DNA of 54,533 nt from a virus. Lineage: Duplodnaviria; Caudoviricetes. A program made the translations under genes and the position numbers. Under the pieces are notes generated by a model. It saw only the letters and a list, made by a program, of their open reading frames with translations, did not search any database and was not told where the DNA came from. Where the stretch lies: the IMG/VR virus record IMGVR_UViG_3300044648_000041, positions 1 to 54,533 of that record; one strand, given 5' to 3'. The stretch's first letter is position 1. Each line of letters opens with the position of its first letter. Shown here piece after piece: positions 36,251 to 45,345 of this stretch.

Positions 36251-36418
36251 GTGGCCACACTATCGCTGTATGAAGTAGTACGGGACCAGGTAGAAAACGA
36301 GATAAGGAGGGAACAGGGGAATTATTACTCCTACGCAGACATAGACAACAAGATTAACAATTTAACCAACCTGGAATTACTTGAACGCATTAGCTACGCA
36401 CTGGAGGTAGTACGATGA
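36251..36418 (+). CDS. Small early protein (55 aa)
   Basis: AAGGAG RBS, GTG start, coupled to the next gene. Confidence 0.6.
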   Translation: MATLSLYEVVRDQVENEIRREQGNYYSYADIDNKINNLTNLELLERISYALEVVR

Positions 36419-36651
36419 ACGCCGCACTTGTACCACTCGCACGAATCCGCATCATGTCAAACGCCGACCTGATTACCACGGCGCGCAAGTTCGACCGCTT
36501 ATCAATACTTGAAGGTGAATTGCTCAAGCGGCTTGAAGCCTACGTGAAGGAAGAGGAAAGGAAGGAAGCCCGGACCCGCCGGTTCCTGAACCCCGACGTA
36601 CAGGGTATTGTCGAGTGGGCGAAGCAGTGCGAAACTAGAGTACAACCCTAA
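36415..36651 (+). CDS. Hypothetical protein
   Basis: GGAGG RBS, 78 aa. Confidence 0.65.
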   Translation: MNAALVPLARIRIMSNADLITTARKFDRLSILEGELLKRLEAYVKEEERKEARTRRFLNPDVQGIVEWAKQCETRVQP

Positions 36652-36668
36652 ATAAAGGAGATACAGAA

Positions 36669-36986
36669 GTGAACCCCCACGTTGATGTTAGAACTTACCT
36701 AAAGATTCTGGCCATTGTCGCCGCAATCAGTTTCATATCCGGCTACGCTTCAGCGGAATCGCCCCTTTATAACCAGGGGGCGCGGGTCCAGCGGGACATG
36801 CAGCAATACCAGGAACAGGAAGCGGTGCGCAACCAAATGCAACGCCGCATGAACCAGCAATACTATAACGAACGTTTGGGCGACGTGATCCAGCAACAAC
36901 AGGACACGATGCACTACAACCAGCACCAGGAACACATGCGGAACCAAGGGTGGGGACGCCCGGGACTAGATGGGGGTAGGCCGTGA
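36669..36986 (+). CDS. Exported Q/N/Y-rich protein
   Basis: Signal peptide ending ASA; low-complexity mature part; AAGGAG RBS. Confidence 0.65.
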   Translation: MNPHVDVRTYLKILAIVAAISFISGYASAESPLYNQGARVQRDMQQYQEQEAVRNQMQRRMNQQYYNERLGDVIQQQQDTMHYNQHQEHMRNQGWGRPGLDGGRP

Positions 36987-37378
36987 CAGAACTAGAATAC
37001 TTCAAGCAGTGGGCGGCTGACCGCTACCCGAACATGCCTCAAGATACGATGGAGCAGAACGGGCAGGCGTTCTTCTATCACGATATGCTACAAATGGCTT
37101 GGAAGGCGTTTCAATACCGTTACACGATACGCCCGACTTCCACTATGGAAAACGGCAAGTTTAATAAAGCCGAGTTCCGAAAAGACAATGCCGAAACCAT
37201 AGTAGATCGTCTACGCGGCATTTACCCTCAGATAGACCCGCCGTATAGAACGTCGCTGGTAATGCAGGAAGCCGCGCGGGAAATTGAGAGGTTGCGGGAA
37301 CAGGTTAAACGCTTGACGCCCGTTTACCTGAAGCCGTCCGAATACCCGCCCCTCTTTTCGCATGATATGTATGAGTGA
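36983..37378 (+). CDS. Hypothetical protein
   Basis: 131 aa; IVDRLR..EAAREIERLR motif frequent in phage early genes. Confidence 0.65.
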   Translation: MTELEYFKQWAADRYPNMPQDTMEQNGQAFFYHDMLQMAWKAFQYRYTIRPTSTMENGKFNKAEFRKDNAETIVDRLRGIYPQIDPPYRTSLVMQEAAREIERLREQVKRLTPVYLKPSEYPPLFSHDMYE

Positions 37379-37595
37379 ACAGGAATTCTTAACACCCGAA
37401 GAGGTAGCGGCACTCACGGGGCACCGGCGGCGGAACGACCAAGTGCAATGGCTACGTGACCACGCGTGGCGCGCGGAAGTCAACGCCGCGGGTTCGCCGG
37501 TCGTCGGTCGCTGGTATGCAAGGATGAAACTAGCGGGTATGGATTTTTCAACTTTATCCCCCGGCAAGGTGCCGGATTTTGCAAAGGTGCGATGA
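37371..37595 (+). CDS. xis: Excisionase-like protein (DUF4224)
   Basis: FLTPEEVAALTG..QVQWL..G.PVVGR..PDF. Confidence 0.85.
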   Translation: MSEQEFLTPEEVAALTGHRRRNDQVQWLRDHAWRAEVNAAGSPVVGRWYARMKLAGMDFSTLSPGKVPDFAKVR

Positions 37596-38044
37596 TGAGA
37601 GTATCAGAACTGGAAGGTGCGTTATTAGATTGTTGGGTAGCGAAGGTGGAAGGGTGGAAAGCCTACAAGGAAAAACGCGGGGGTTACGAACTTTGCGTAG
37701 TCCAATTCCCCGGGGACCGCGAACCGTGGACCTGTTACAGGGACCACGAAGCAATGAAGGCGAAGTACACCGAGATACCTTTAACCGAAGCCGTTAAAAT
37801 AGGTTTTTACGGTACAGGTGTTTATAAATTTTCTGAAGACTGGGGAGTGGGCGGACCGATTATTGAGCGTGAGAAAATTGTGTGGACGTGGGTAAACACA
37901 CTTGACGACAAATCGAGTCCAACAAGAATGGCTGTACCGTGCGGGGCGTGGGATTTAAAACACAAGTCGCCGCTAGTAGCCGCCATGCGTTCGTTCGTCG
38001 CCAGTAAATACGGGGAAACCGTACCATGCCCCGACAAAGAATAA
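37592..38044 (+). CDS. NinX-family (DUF2591) protein
   Basis: LEGALLDCWVAK..SEDWGVGGPIIERE..PLVAAMRSFVASKYG. Confidence 0.8.
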   Translation: MMRVSELEGALLDCWVAKVEGWKAYKEKRGGYELCVVQFPGDREPWTCYRDHEAMKAKYTEIPLTEAVKIGFYGTGVYKFSEDWGVGGPIIEREKIVWTWVNTLDDKSSPTRMAVPCGAWDLKHKSPLVAAMRSFVASKYGETVPCPDKE

Positions 38045-39114
38045 AAAGCCGTGACTTGCCGCCGAGGATGGTGTGTATCGTGCGGCAGAACAAACGGGAA
38101 GCCGTAACCTACTACTTCTACGACCGCAAGGTGGACGGCAAGCGCACGCTCCTACCATTGGGGCGGGACTTGCTCGCCGCGAAGCAGAAGTGGCTAGAAC
38201 TGGAACGCACTACCGCCCCGAGCCTTATCATTCGGGACGACGAGCGTAGCCTATCTGTCATGTACGCCAAGTACATGGAGTGGGCACAGAATACCGAACA
38301 GTCGCAACTTTCACCCCGCACCCTGGACGACCGCGAAAAATACTGGAAGCAATTGGAACCCGCCTTCGGTGCCGTCCCCCTGGACGACTTCAAGCCCGAA
38401 TACATGATGCGGTACTTCGATATGCGGTCCGCGAAGTCGTCCGCTAAGAAGGAGATTAAATTCCTATCGGTAATTTTCAACTGGGCACGCGCCCGCGGGT
38501 ACATGTCCAACGCAAACCCGGTGACAGGCACCACCAGGCAAATGAAGCTGAAGGAAGGGCGGGATATTTACGTCACCGATGAAATGCTCAAGCTGGTGTA
38601 CGACTGTTCGGTACCAGTGATCCAGGATGCTATCGACCTCGCCTACTTGACCGGCCAGCGTCCAGCGGACGTGTTGAAGATGCGTTGGGACCAGGTGAAG
38701 GACGGCGCCCTGTGGGTTGAACAGGGCAAGACGAAGGCAAAGATACAGATAGACATTACCGGCGAACTGGCGACCGTGATAGACCGTATCAAGTCCCGCG
38801 GACTGGTGGGTATGACTATGCTAGCGGATCCCAAGGGGCAACAGCTTAAACCGTTCGGGTACTTCCGTAGCCAGTTCAAGGCGGCACGCGACAAGGCGGA
38901 AGCACGAGCCGCAGAACTGGGTATCGAGTTCGTCCGGTTCCAGTTTAAAGACTTGCGCGCGAAGTCCGCTTCCGACATGTCCACGATGGCGGGCGCCCGT
39001 AAACTACTGGGGCACTCCACCGAGTCAATGACTACGAAATACGTTCGTAACAGGGTCGGGGAGAAGGTGGCGCCGGTGCCGATTTCCGGTTATACAAAAG
39101 GTAACAAGCAGTGA
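38026..39114 (+). CDS. int: Tyrosine integrase
   Basis: TGQRPADV (R), QGKT (K), FKDLRAK, LLGH, TTKYVR (Y). Confidence 0.95.
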   Translation: MPRQRIKSRDLPPRMVCIVRQNKREAVTYYFYDRKVDGKRTLLPLGRDLLAAKQKWLELERTTAPSLIIRDDERSLSVMYAKYMEWAQNTEQSQLSPRTLDDREKYWKQLEPAFGAVPLDDFKPEYMMRYFDMRSAKSSAKKEIKFLSVIFNWARARGYMSNANPVTGTTRQMKLKEGRDIYVTDEMLKLVYDCSVPVIQDAIDLAYLTGQRPADVLKMRWDQVKDGALWVEQGKTKAKIQIDITGELATVIDRIKSRGLVGMTMLADPKGQQLKPFGYFRSQFKAARDKAEARAAELGIEFVRFQFKDLRAKSASDMSTMAGARKLLGHSTESMTTKYVRNRVGEKVAPVPISGYTKGNKQ

Positions 39115-39117
39115 ATT

Positions 39118-39320
39118 CGTAGTAAACGTTTACTAAAAGTATATTCAACGTTTTTGTAAGTCATTGATTTTATGAGGCGGGGAACGGAATCGAACCGATG
39201 TTATACGGCTTTGCAGGCCGCGAATCATTCCTTTCTATTCAGTAACTTACCTCGTTTTTCGTTTACTACACCCTAGTTTTTGAGCCTTTATCCATGCGGT
39301 TTTCCGAATCGTAGTAAACG
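39118..39320. other. attP: arm-type repeats and IHF sites around a tRNA core
   Basis: CGTAGTAAACG at 39118 and 39310, inverted copies at 39127 and 39260; IHF consensus AATCAATGACTTA (39157-39169, minus strand) and a near match at 39237-39249. Confidence 0.85.
39174..39221 (-). other. 3' half of tRNA-Cys(GCA), the attP core (not a full tRNA)
   Basis: GCGGC-CTGCAAA-GCCGT anticodon arm, GGTTCGATTCC T-arm, CCCCGCC-T acceptor strand; no D-arm or 5' strand. Confidence 0.9.
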
Positions 39321-39360
39321 GTTTTTCGCGCGCGAACTTGAATTTACGGTTACGTTTCGG

Positions 39361-39389
39361 TTGCGTAGTTCGGTATCGTATGATACAGT
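39361..39389 (+). promoter_or_regulatory. Early promoter with operator
   Basis: TTGCGT-N17-TACAGT, extended TG, TATCGTATGATA. Confidence 0.7.
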
Positions 39390-39420
39390 CTTAACCTGCT
39401 TCACTTACCGGACCATTACA

Positions 39421-39576
39421 ATGACTGAAGAACAGTTACGCTTATTGATAGCGTATATCGACGCCGCAGCGGAAGGCGCACAGAACCGGCTTCACTCTCA
39501 AGTACGGTTGGCGAACACGAAGGCAAGGCTTAAAGAAAAGTTGATCGAATCAATTCAAACCAAAAAGGAGCAGTAA
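39421..39576 (+). CDS. Small hypothetical protein (51 aa)
   Basis: ATG after the promoter; helical sequence. Confidence 0.55.
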   Translation: MTEEQLRLLIAYIDAAAEGAQNRLHSQVRLANTKARLKEKLIESIQTKKEQ

Positions 39577-39578
39577 AC

Positions 39579-39986
39579 ATGTCACTGGAACAACACATAG
39601 TAGACCTTACCGCAGCCGTAAAAGAGAACTCGGCGCTACTGCGGGAACTTAGCGTATTGCTGGACAAGAAAATCCAGCACGTCGGTAATGACTTGCCCAT
39701 AGGCGCGGCCACGGAAAAGGTGATTGAGACGGCGAAGAAGGCACCGGCGCCTTCCCCGGTAGAAATCGTCCCGACGCCCGACGTAACGAAGCCGGAACCC
39801 ACAACCTTCGAAAAGTCTATCGACTTCCAGGAAGATATCGTTAAGCCCTTCGGTAAGTTGTGCGTGGCTAAAGGTCGGGACGCTGGCGCCGCGATACTTG
39901 CAAAATGGGGCGTCGATAAGTTGTCGAAGATTCCCGCCGATAAATACGCCGAACTCGTGGCGGACATTATAAACGCGAGCGTGTAG
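39579..39986 (+). CDS. Phage protein typically preceding DUF2800
   Basis: GRDA..ILAKWGVDKLSKIP..Y C-terminal motif; AAGGAG RBS. Confidence 0.75.
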   Translation: MSLEQHIVDLTAAVKENSALLRELSVLLDKKIQHVGNDLPIGAATEKVIETAKKAPAPSPVEIVPTPDVTKPEPTTFEKSIDFQEDIVKPFGKLCVAKGRDAGAAILAKWGVDKLSKIPADKYAELVADIINASV

Positions 39987-39988
39987 TC

Positions 39989-40177
39989 ATGAATATAATG
40001 AATTTCATAAATCTTAGGGGCGGGCAACGTAGCAAGTACGCGCCCCACGTCGGGATGAAGGAGATAGCCAAGCACCAACGGCGTGCGGAAACGGCAGTTG
40101 CTAAACGCGCACGTATTGACGCGCGGATTGACGCAATAATTGCGCGGTACCCGGAACGAGGGGTTGCCCATGTCTGA
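39989..40177 (+). CDS. Small basic protein
   Basis: 62 aa; overlaps the next start. Confidence 0.5.
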   Translation: MNIMNFINLRGGQRSKYAPHVGMKEIAKHQRRAETAVAKRARIDARIDAIIARYPERGVAHV

Positions 40178-41462
40178 ACACGCGAAACTGTCCCCTTCGG
40201 GGGCGGAAAAATGGATGAGTTGCCCCGGGTCCGCCGCACTGGAAGCCGGGGAACCGGACTCTTCCAACGATTACAGCGACGAGGGCACCGCGGCGCACTT
40301 TCTGGCGTCCGAATGCCTGGTTACGAATCTATGGGCGGACGGGTTCACCGGGCAGACCATAGGCATATGGGGCGGGCGTGCCGCGTGGTTGTACGGCGGC
40401 GAAACTCCTAATAACCAATTCACCGTAGACGACGACATGGCGAACCACGTAAACGTCTATGTTCACAAGGTACGCGAGTACGCCGACAATAAATCGCTAA
40501 TGGTCGAACAGCGTATGGGTATTGGGCACTTGACGGGAGAAAAGGACGCGTGCGGTACCGCGGACGCCGTTGTGATTGACACCGTTAACCGGGAAATAAT
40601 CGTTATCGACTTGAAGTACGGCATGCGGGAAGTGGACGGCGAGCGTAACAAGCAGTTAATGATTTACGCGCTCGCCGCCCTGGAAAAGTTCAGCATGTAT
40701 GAAGGGGAATTTGTACGCGTCCGGACCGTAATTATTCAACCCCGCATAGGCCATTTCCCCGAATGGTCATGTAGCGTTGATGAATTGATGGACTTCGGTA
40801 TCCAGGTACGGGCGGCGGCTATGGAGTGTCACAAAGCAGTAGAGTTCAGCCAGGGCGGGTTAACTGATATGCGGGGGTGGTTGGTCCCCGGCGCCCACTG
40901 CCAGAAGAACTACTGCAAGGCACGGGCGAAGTGCCCGGCGTTGCGGGATCAGATAGCCGAAACGGTGTTCGGTGATTTTGAGAACTTGGACCAGCCCATA
41001 GCACAAGCCCCGGTACCCGTGGAAGTGTTAACGAATGAAACACTAGCGCATTGCCTTAGTAAAGTTTCAATGATTGAAGACTGGTGTAAGGCGGTCCGTG
41101 CGAAGGTCGAAGCCGAACTGTTCGCCGGTCGCCCGGTCCCCGGGTACAAACTGGTCCAGGGTAAGAAGGGGAACCGCCAGTGGTCGGACAAGGAACAGGC
41201 GGAAGCCACCATGAAGGCGTTCAAACTGAAGGTCGAAGAAATGTACGACCTGAAGCTGATAAGCCCGACGACCGCCGAGAAGCTGGCCAAGTCCGGTACG
41301 ATTGGTCCCCGCCAGTGGCCGAAACTCAATACCCTGGTAACTCAGTCTGAAGGATCCCCGAGCGTGGCGCCGGAATCTGACAAGCGACCGGCGATTGATG
41401 TACGCCCGAACGCCGACGACTTCGAAGATGTTTCGGAACCTTCTTTTGCGGACATGCTCTAA
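40170..41462 (+). CDS. DUF2800 Cas4-like PD-(D/E)XK exonuclease
   Basis: HAKLSPSG..W..CPGS, EGTAAH, GTAD, IDLKYG, QLMIYA, terminal Cys cluster. Confidence 0.9.
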   Translation: MSEHAKLSPSGAEKWMSCPGSAALEAGEPDSSNDYSDEGTAAHFLASECLVTNLWADGFTGQTIGIWGGRAAWLYGGETPNNQFTVDDDMANHVNVYVHKVREYADNKSLMVEQRMGIGHLTGEKDACGTADAVVIDTVNREIIVIDLKYGMREVDGERNKQLMIYALAALEKFSMYEGEFVRVRTVIIQPRIGHFPEWSCSVDELMDFGIQVRAAAMECHKAVEFSQGGLTDMRGWLVPGAHCQKNYCKARAKCPALRDQIAETVFGDFENLDQPIAQAPVPVEVLTNETLAHCLSKVSMIEDWCKAVRAKVEAELFAGRPVPGYKLVQGKKGNRQWSDKEQAEATMKAFKLKVEEMYDLKLISPTTAEKLAKSGTIGPRQWPKLNTLVTQSEGSPSVAPESDKRPAIDVRPNADDFEDVSEPSFADML

Positions 41463-41468
41463 TAACAC

Positions 41469-41497
41469 TTGACGGTTACATTATCCGGTGATATAGT
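41469..41497 (+). promoter_or_regulatory. Early promoter with operator
   Basis: TTGACG-N17-TATAGT, TATCCGGTGATA. Confidence 0.8.
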
Positions 41498-41559
41498 AAC
41501 ACCTGTTTCAGTAACAACTTTTAATACTTTATTCCGCTAACGTTATAGGAGCAACAAAC

Positions 41560-42126
41560 ATGGCAAAGGTAGTTTTACAAAACGTACGGTTGTCCTTTCC
41601 GGACCTGTTCGAACCCGTCCAGTACCAGGGCAAAGGCGCGTTCCGCTATAACGCTTCGTTCCTGGTCGAACCAGGTAGCGACAACGACAAGAAAATCCGC
41701 ACGGCTATCAAGGAAGCGGCGACCGAAGCCTACGGCGCGAAAGCCGCAATCCAGCTTAAAGGCATGGAAAACAACAGCAATAAATACTGCTACATGGACG
41801 GTAACTTGAAAGAGTACGACGGTTACGCCGACATGATGTGCCTATCCGCACACCGTAACCAGACTCAAGGCGCCCCCGCGGTAGTAGACCGTAACAAGGA
41901 TGTGAAACTTACCGCCGCCGACGGCAAGCCATACGCCGGGTGCTACGTGAACGCCAGCGTGGAGATTTACGCACAGAAGGGCGAGAACCCCGGTATCCGT
42001 GCCTCTCTCATTGCCGTTCAGTTCCGCGCCGACGGTGACGCGTTCGCCGGTGCCCGTGCTTCCGCCGACGACTTCGAAGACTTGAGCGAAGGGGCGGAAT
42101 CAGAAGAATTTTCCAGTATGGTTTAA
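41560..42126 (+). CDS. Single-stranded DNA-binding protein (DUF2815, gp2.5-like)
   Basis: VRLSFPDLF, YAGCYVNA, VQFRADGDAF, acidic tail. Confidence 0.9.
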   Translation: MAKVVLQNVRLSFPDLFEPVQYQGKGAFRYNASFLVEPGSDNDKKIRTAIKEAATEAYGAKAAIQLKGMENNSNKYCYMDGNLKEYDGYADMMCLSAHRNQTQGAPAVVDRNKDVKLTAADGKPYAGCYVNASVEIYAQKGENPGIRASLIAVQFRADGDAFAGARASADDFEDLSEGAESEEFSSMV

Positions 42127-42157
42127 AAGTTTTGTCTGCCAAAGGCAAGTTGTAGTA

Positions 42158-42180
42158 CCCGCCCTTCGGGGCGGGCTTTT
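42158..42180 (+). terminator. Intrinsic terminator
   Basis: CCCGCCC-TTCG-GGGCGGG-CTTTT. Confidence 0.8.
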
Positions 42181-42466
42181 CGGAAGGGGTTCCGGACGCG
42201 AAAGAAGCCCATACGTAGCAAGTAACGTCGAAGAATCCCTCCCGAAAAGACACACTCTTCAAGATTTCTAGCGGTTGGTCGGATTTCCTTAAATGTATTT
42301 TGCCGGATTTAACCCCCGGCCTGGTTGCCCCGAATCGTAAACCGGTACGTCCCGCGATAGATAGACTCAGCGAACCGGTACACGCAAACACCGCCGACCG
42401 TAATTTAATATCGGTGAAATTCAGGGAAGAGGTTGTGGACCCGGGGTATTGGCGTATCCCGGGTTC
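42176..42466. ncRNA. Candidate structured RNA between SSB and polymerase
   Basis: Long-range stems 42176-42192/42233-42249 and 42272-42278/42394-42400, hairpin 42438-42465. Confidence 0.4.
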
Positions 42467-42484
42467 TTTAAAACGGAAAATATA

Positions 42485-44599
42485 ATGCTCTGGTTTGATA
42501 CAGAAACTTTCAGCGAAACCCCCATCAAGCACGGTACCTACCGCTACGCCGCGGACTGCGAAGTAATGATAGCGACATGGGCGGTAGACGACGGACCGGT
42601 ACACCATTGGGACGCCACCACCGGCGAACCCATGCCCGTAGAGCTAAAGTATGAGCTTGAAAATCCTGAGCAATTAATTACGGCGCACAATTCCATGTTC
42701 GACCGAAATGTGGTCAAATACGCACTCGGTATCGACGTGTCAATAGACCGTTGGTGCGATACCATGGTGCAAGCACTAGCTCATTCGCTTCCAGGTTCCC
42801 TTGAGTCCTTGTGCGACATCTTCCGTGTAGGCGACGACGCAGCAAAGCACAAGGAAGGCAAACAGTTAATACAACTTTTCTGCAAGCCGCGCCCCAAAAA
42901 ATCAATCATCAAGAGAGCTACCCGTGTTACCCATCCCGCCGAATGGCAGCGATTTATTGAATATGCAAGGGCGGACATTGCCGCAATGCGTACTGTTGCG
43001 GGGAAAATTCCCAAATGGAACTACCGTGGAACGGAACTTTCCTTGTGGTGGCTCGACCAGCGAATTAATGACCGTGGTTTTCTCGTTGATACAGTACTGG
43101 CCAAGTCTGCACTTGACGCTGTGGACCGTGAACAAGTCAGTTTGCGAATACAATCCAGAGAGAAAACAAACGGCGCCGTAGAATCAACCACACAAAGGGA
43201 CGTGTTCTTGGAACACGTCTTACAGGAATACGGCATAGACTTGCCGGACCTGAAGAAAGCCACCCTCGAACGCCGGTTAGAGGATCCGAACCTACCGCAA
43301 GGGGTTAAGGAACTCATTCACATCCGGCTACAGGCTTCCGCCTCTTCCACAACGAAGTACAAAGCCCTGCTACGTGCCGTTAATGACGACGAAAGGTTAC
43401 GGGGTACCATTCAGTTCTGTGGCGCCGGACGGACCGGCAGAGCCGCGGGGCGCACCTTCCAGCCACAAAACCTACCCAGTCGCGGGCTACTCAAGCCGAA
43501 GGAAATAGAACAGGGTATCGACATGTTGAAAGCCGGGTGTGCGGATATGGTTTTCGACAACGTAATGAAGCTGACGACCTCCACCATTCGCGGGTGCATT
43601 ATCGCGCCGCCCGGTAAGAAACTGGTAATAGCGGACTTGTCAAACATCGAGGGGCGCGGGCTTGCGTTTTTGGCCGAAGAAGAATGGAAGTTGCAAGCGT
43701 TCCGGGACTTCGATACCTTCAAGCTAGACGAGTTCGGAATGAAGATTCCCGACGGCAAGGGAGACTTTCTACGGGTAGGCCACGACCTGTACAAGCTGGC
43801 GTACGCTAAAGCCTTCCGCATCGCACCGGAAGAGGCTACAGGCGACCGGCGGCAGATAGGTAAGGTAATGGAACTCATGCTAGGGTACGGCGGCGGCGTA
43901 GGCGCGTTTATAACGGGTGCCGCTACCTACGGGTTCGACATTGAAGAAATGGCGGCGAACGCGTGGCCGCACCTACCAGGTAACGAAGTCCACGAAGCTG
44001 AAGGCTTCCTGGAATGGATACGCAAGCAGAAGAAAGGTACCTTTGGACTTAGCGATAGAGCGTTTGTGGTGTGCGATGTGTTTAAACGCCTGTGGCGAGC
44101 CGCACACCCCCGCACGGCGTCTCTGTGGGGCGACCTGGAAGCCGCGGTACGGCAAGCCATAGGCAAGCCGGGCAACACGATTGAATGCCGCAAACTGCGC
44201 GTACGCCGTGACGGTACCTGGTTGCGCATCGTCCTACCATCCGGTCGGGCACTGTGCTACCCCACACCCAAGGTCAACGCCGACGGCGAAATAAGCTACA
44301 TGGGTCCAAATATGTATTCCCGCAAGTGGGAACGCATCAAGACGTACGGCGGGAAGCTGGCGGAAAACGTTACACAAGCGTTCTCCCGTGACGTAATGTA
44401 TTACAAGATGCCAGATATAGAACGTTCCGGTTACGAAATATTGTTAAGCGTACACGACGAGTTAATTACCGAAACACTAGACACCACTACATGGACAAGT
44501 GACGGACTCTCTAGTATAATGTCCGCGAATCCTGAATGGGCACAAGGTTTACCACTCGCTGCGGCGGGATTTGAAACGACGCGTTACCGCAAAGGGTAG
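42485..44599 (+). CDS. DNA polymerase family A with 3'-5' exonuclease
   Basis: FDTET, AHNSMFD, YARAD; motif A ADLSNIEGR, B RQIGKVMELMLGYG (Leu at the 762-equivalent), C VHDE. Confidence 0.95.
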   Translation: MLWFDTETFSETPIKHGTYRYAADCEVMIATWAVDDGPVHHWDATTGEPMPVELKYELENPEQLITAHNSMFDRNVVKYALGIDVSIDRWCDTMVQALAHSLPGSLESLCDIFRVGDDAAKHKEGKQLIQLFCKPRPKKSIIKRATRVTHPAEWQRFIEYARADIAAMRTVAGKIPKWNYRGTELSLWWLDQRINDRGFLVDTVLAKSALDAVDREQVSLRIQSREKTNGAVESTTQRDVFLEHVLQEYGIDLPDLKKATLERRLEDPNLPQGVKELIHIRLQASASSTTKYKALLRAVNDDERLRGTIQFCGAGRTGRAAGRTFQPQNLPSRGLLKPKEIEQGIDMLKAGCADMVFDNVMKLTTSTIRGCIIAPPGKKLVIADLSNIEGRGLAFLAEEEWKLQAFRDFDTFKLDEFGMKIPDGKGDFLRVGHDLYKLAYAKAFRIAPEEATGDRRQIGKVMELMLGYGGGVGAFITGAATYGFDIEEMAANAWPHLPGNEVHEAEGFLEWIRKQKKGTFGLSDRAFVVCDVFKRLWRAAHPRTASLWGDLEAAVRQAIGKPGNTIECRKLRVRRDGTWLRIVLPSGRALCYPTPKVNADGEISYMGPNMYSRKWERIKTYGGKLAENVTQAFSRDVMYYKMPDIERSGYEILLSVHDELITETLDTTTWTSDGLSSIMSANPEWAQGLPLAAAGFETTRYRKG

Positions 44600-44623
44600 C
44601 GCCAAACAAAGGGAGAAAGGCAA

Positions 44624-45169
44624 GTGAGAATCATAGGATTAACAGGACGCGCGGGCGTCGGTAAGGATACTGTAGCGGACCATTTGGTAACACGTTACGG
44701 TTACGTAAAGTACTCTTTTGCTAAACCGTTAAAGGACATGCTTAAGGTACTAGGTGTAGACTGCGATAACCGGGATACCAAAGAACTTCCCCACCCCACC
44801 TTCGGGGTTTCCCCTCGTGTCATGGCACAAACACTCGGCACCGAATGGATGCGCAATTGTGTAGCCGAAGACGGGTGGCTGCTGCTTGCCAAGGCGTATG
44901 TACGGGTGGTGACAGATAGCGTAATGAACGAAGCCGACATTAAGGAAATACAGGGCGTAGTGTTTTCCGACGTTCGTTTCATGAACGAAGCAGAATATGT
45001 ACGCGCTCACGGTACGCTTATACACGTATGGCGACCGGACGCTAACGCGGTTACACCGCACGAGTCCGAAAAAGGTATCCCGTTCAAGGACTGCGACCGC
45101 GCGCTAATGAACGACAAGACAGTGGAAGTAATCTTCCGCCGCCTGAACGACATTATGGCGGACCTGTAG
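44624..45169 (+). CDS. Deoxynucleoside monophosphate kinase
   Basis: GLTGRAGVGKDT, SFAKPLK, QTLGTEW.R, SDVRFMNE, HESE. Confidence 0.9.
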   Translation: MRIIGLTGRAGVGKDTVADHLVTRYGYVKYSFAKPLKDMLKVLGVDCDNRDTKELPHPTFGVSPRVMAQTLGTEWMRNCVAEDGWLLLAKAYVRVVTDSVMNEADIKEIQGVVFSDVRFMNEAEYVRAHGTLIHVWRPDANAVTPHESEKGIPFKDCDRALMNDKTVEVIFRRLNDIMADL

Positions 45170-45171
45170 CC

Positions 45172-45345
45172 ATGGACCACGCCCGTGTACTTTTATCGCA
45201 AGCCGCCGAACGACTGGCCAGGCATTCGAATAACTTAACCGACCGCGTATTGGGGGACATGATTTACAAACACCTGTACGCCACCAGTGAACCAGGAAGC
45301 CCGGTTCCATTCATCCCAATGAAGCAAGCCGAGAAGGAAGACTAA
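45172..45345 (+). CDS. Small hypothetical protein (57 aa)
   Basis: Fills the gap exactly; manual translation MDHARVLLSQ... Confidence 0.55.
   Translation: MDHARVLLSQAAERLARHSNNLTDRVLGDMIYKHLYATSEPGSPVPFIPMKQAEKED

Noticed and set aside
38940-38965. Inactive integrase because HxxR reads KDLR
   Set aside because: The first His is often substituted in this integrase group; the other catalytic residues and attP are intact
39174-39221. Functional phage tRNA-Cys gene
   Set aside because: No D-arm or 5' acceptor strand; context is attP
40170-41462. CRISPR-Cas component
   Set aside because: The Cas4-like DUF2800 sits in the standard nuclease-SSB-PolA module; no array or other cas genes seen
43700-43780. 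Intein or intron in the DNA polymerase
   Set aside because: Only a short in-frame loop insertion; no splicing motifs
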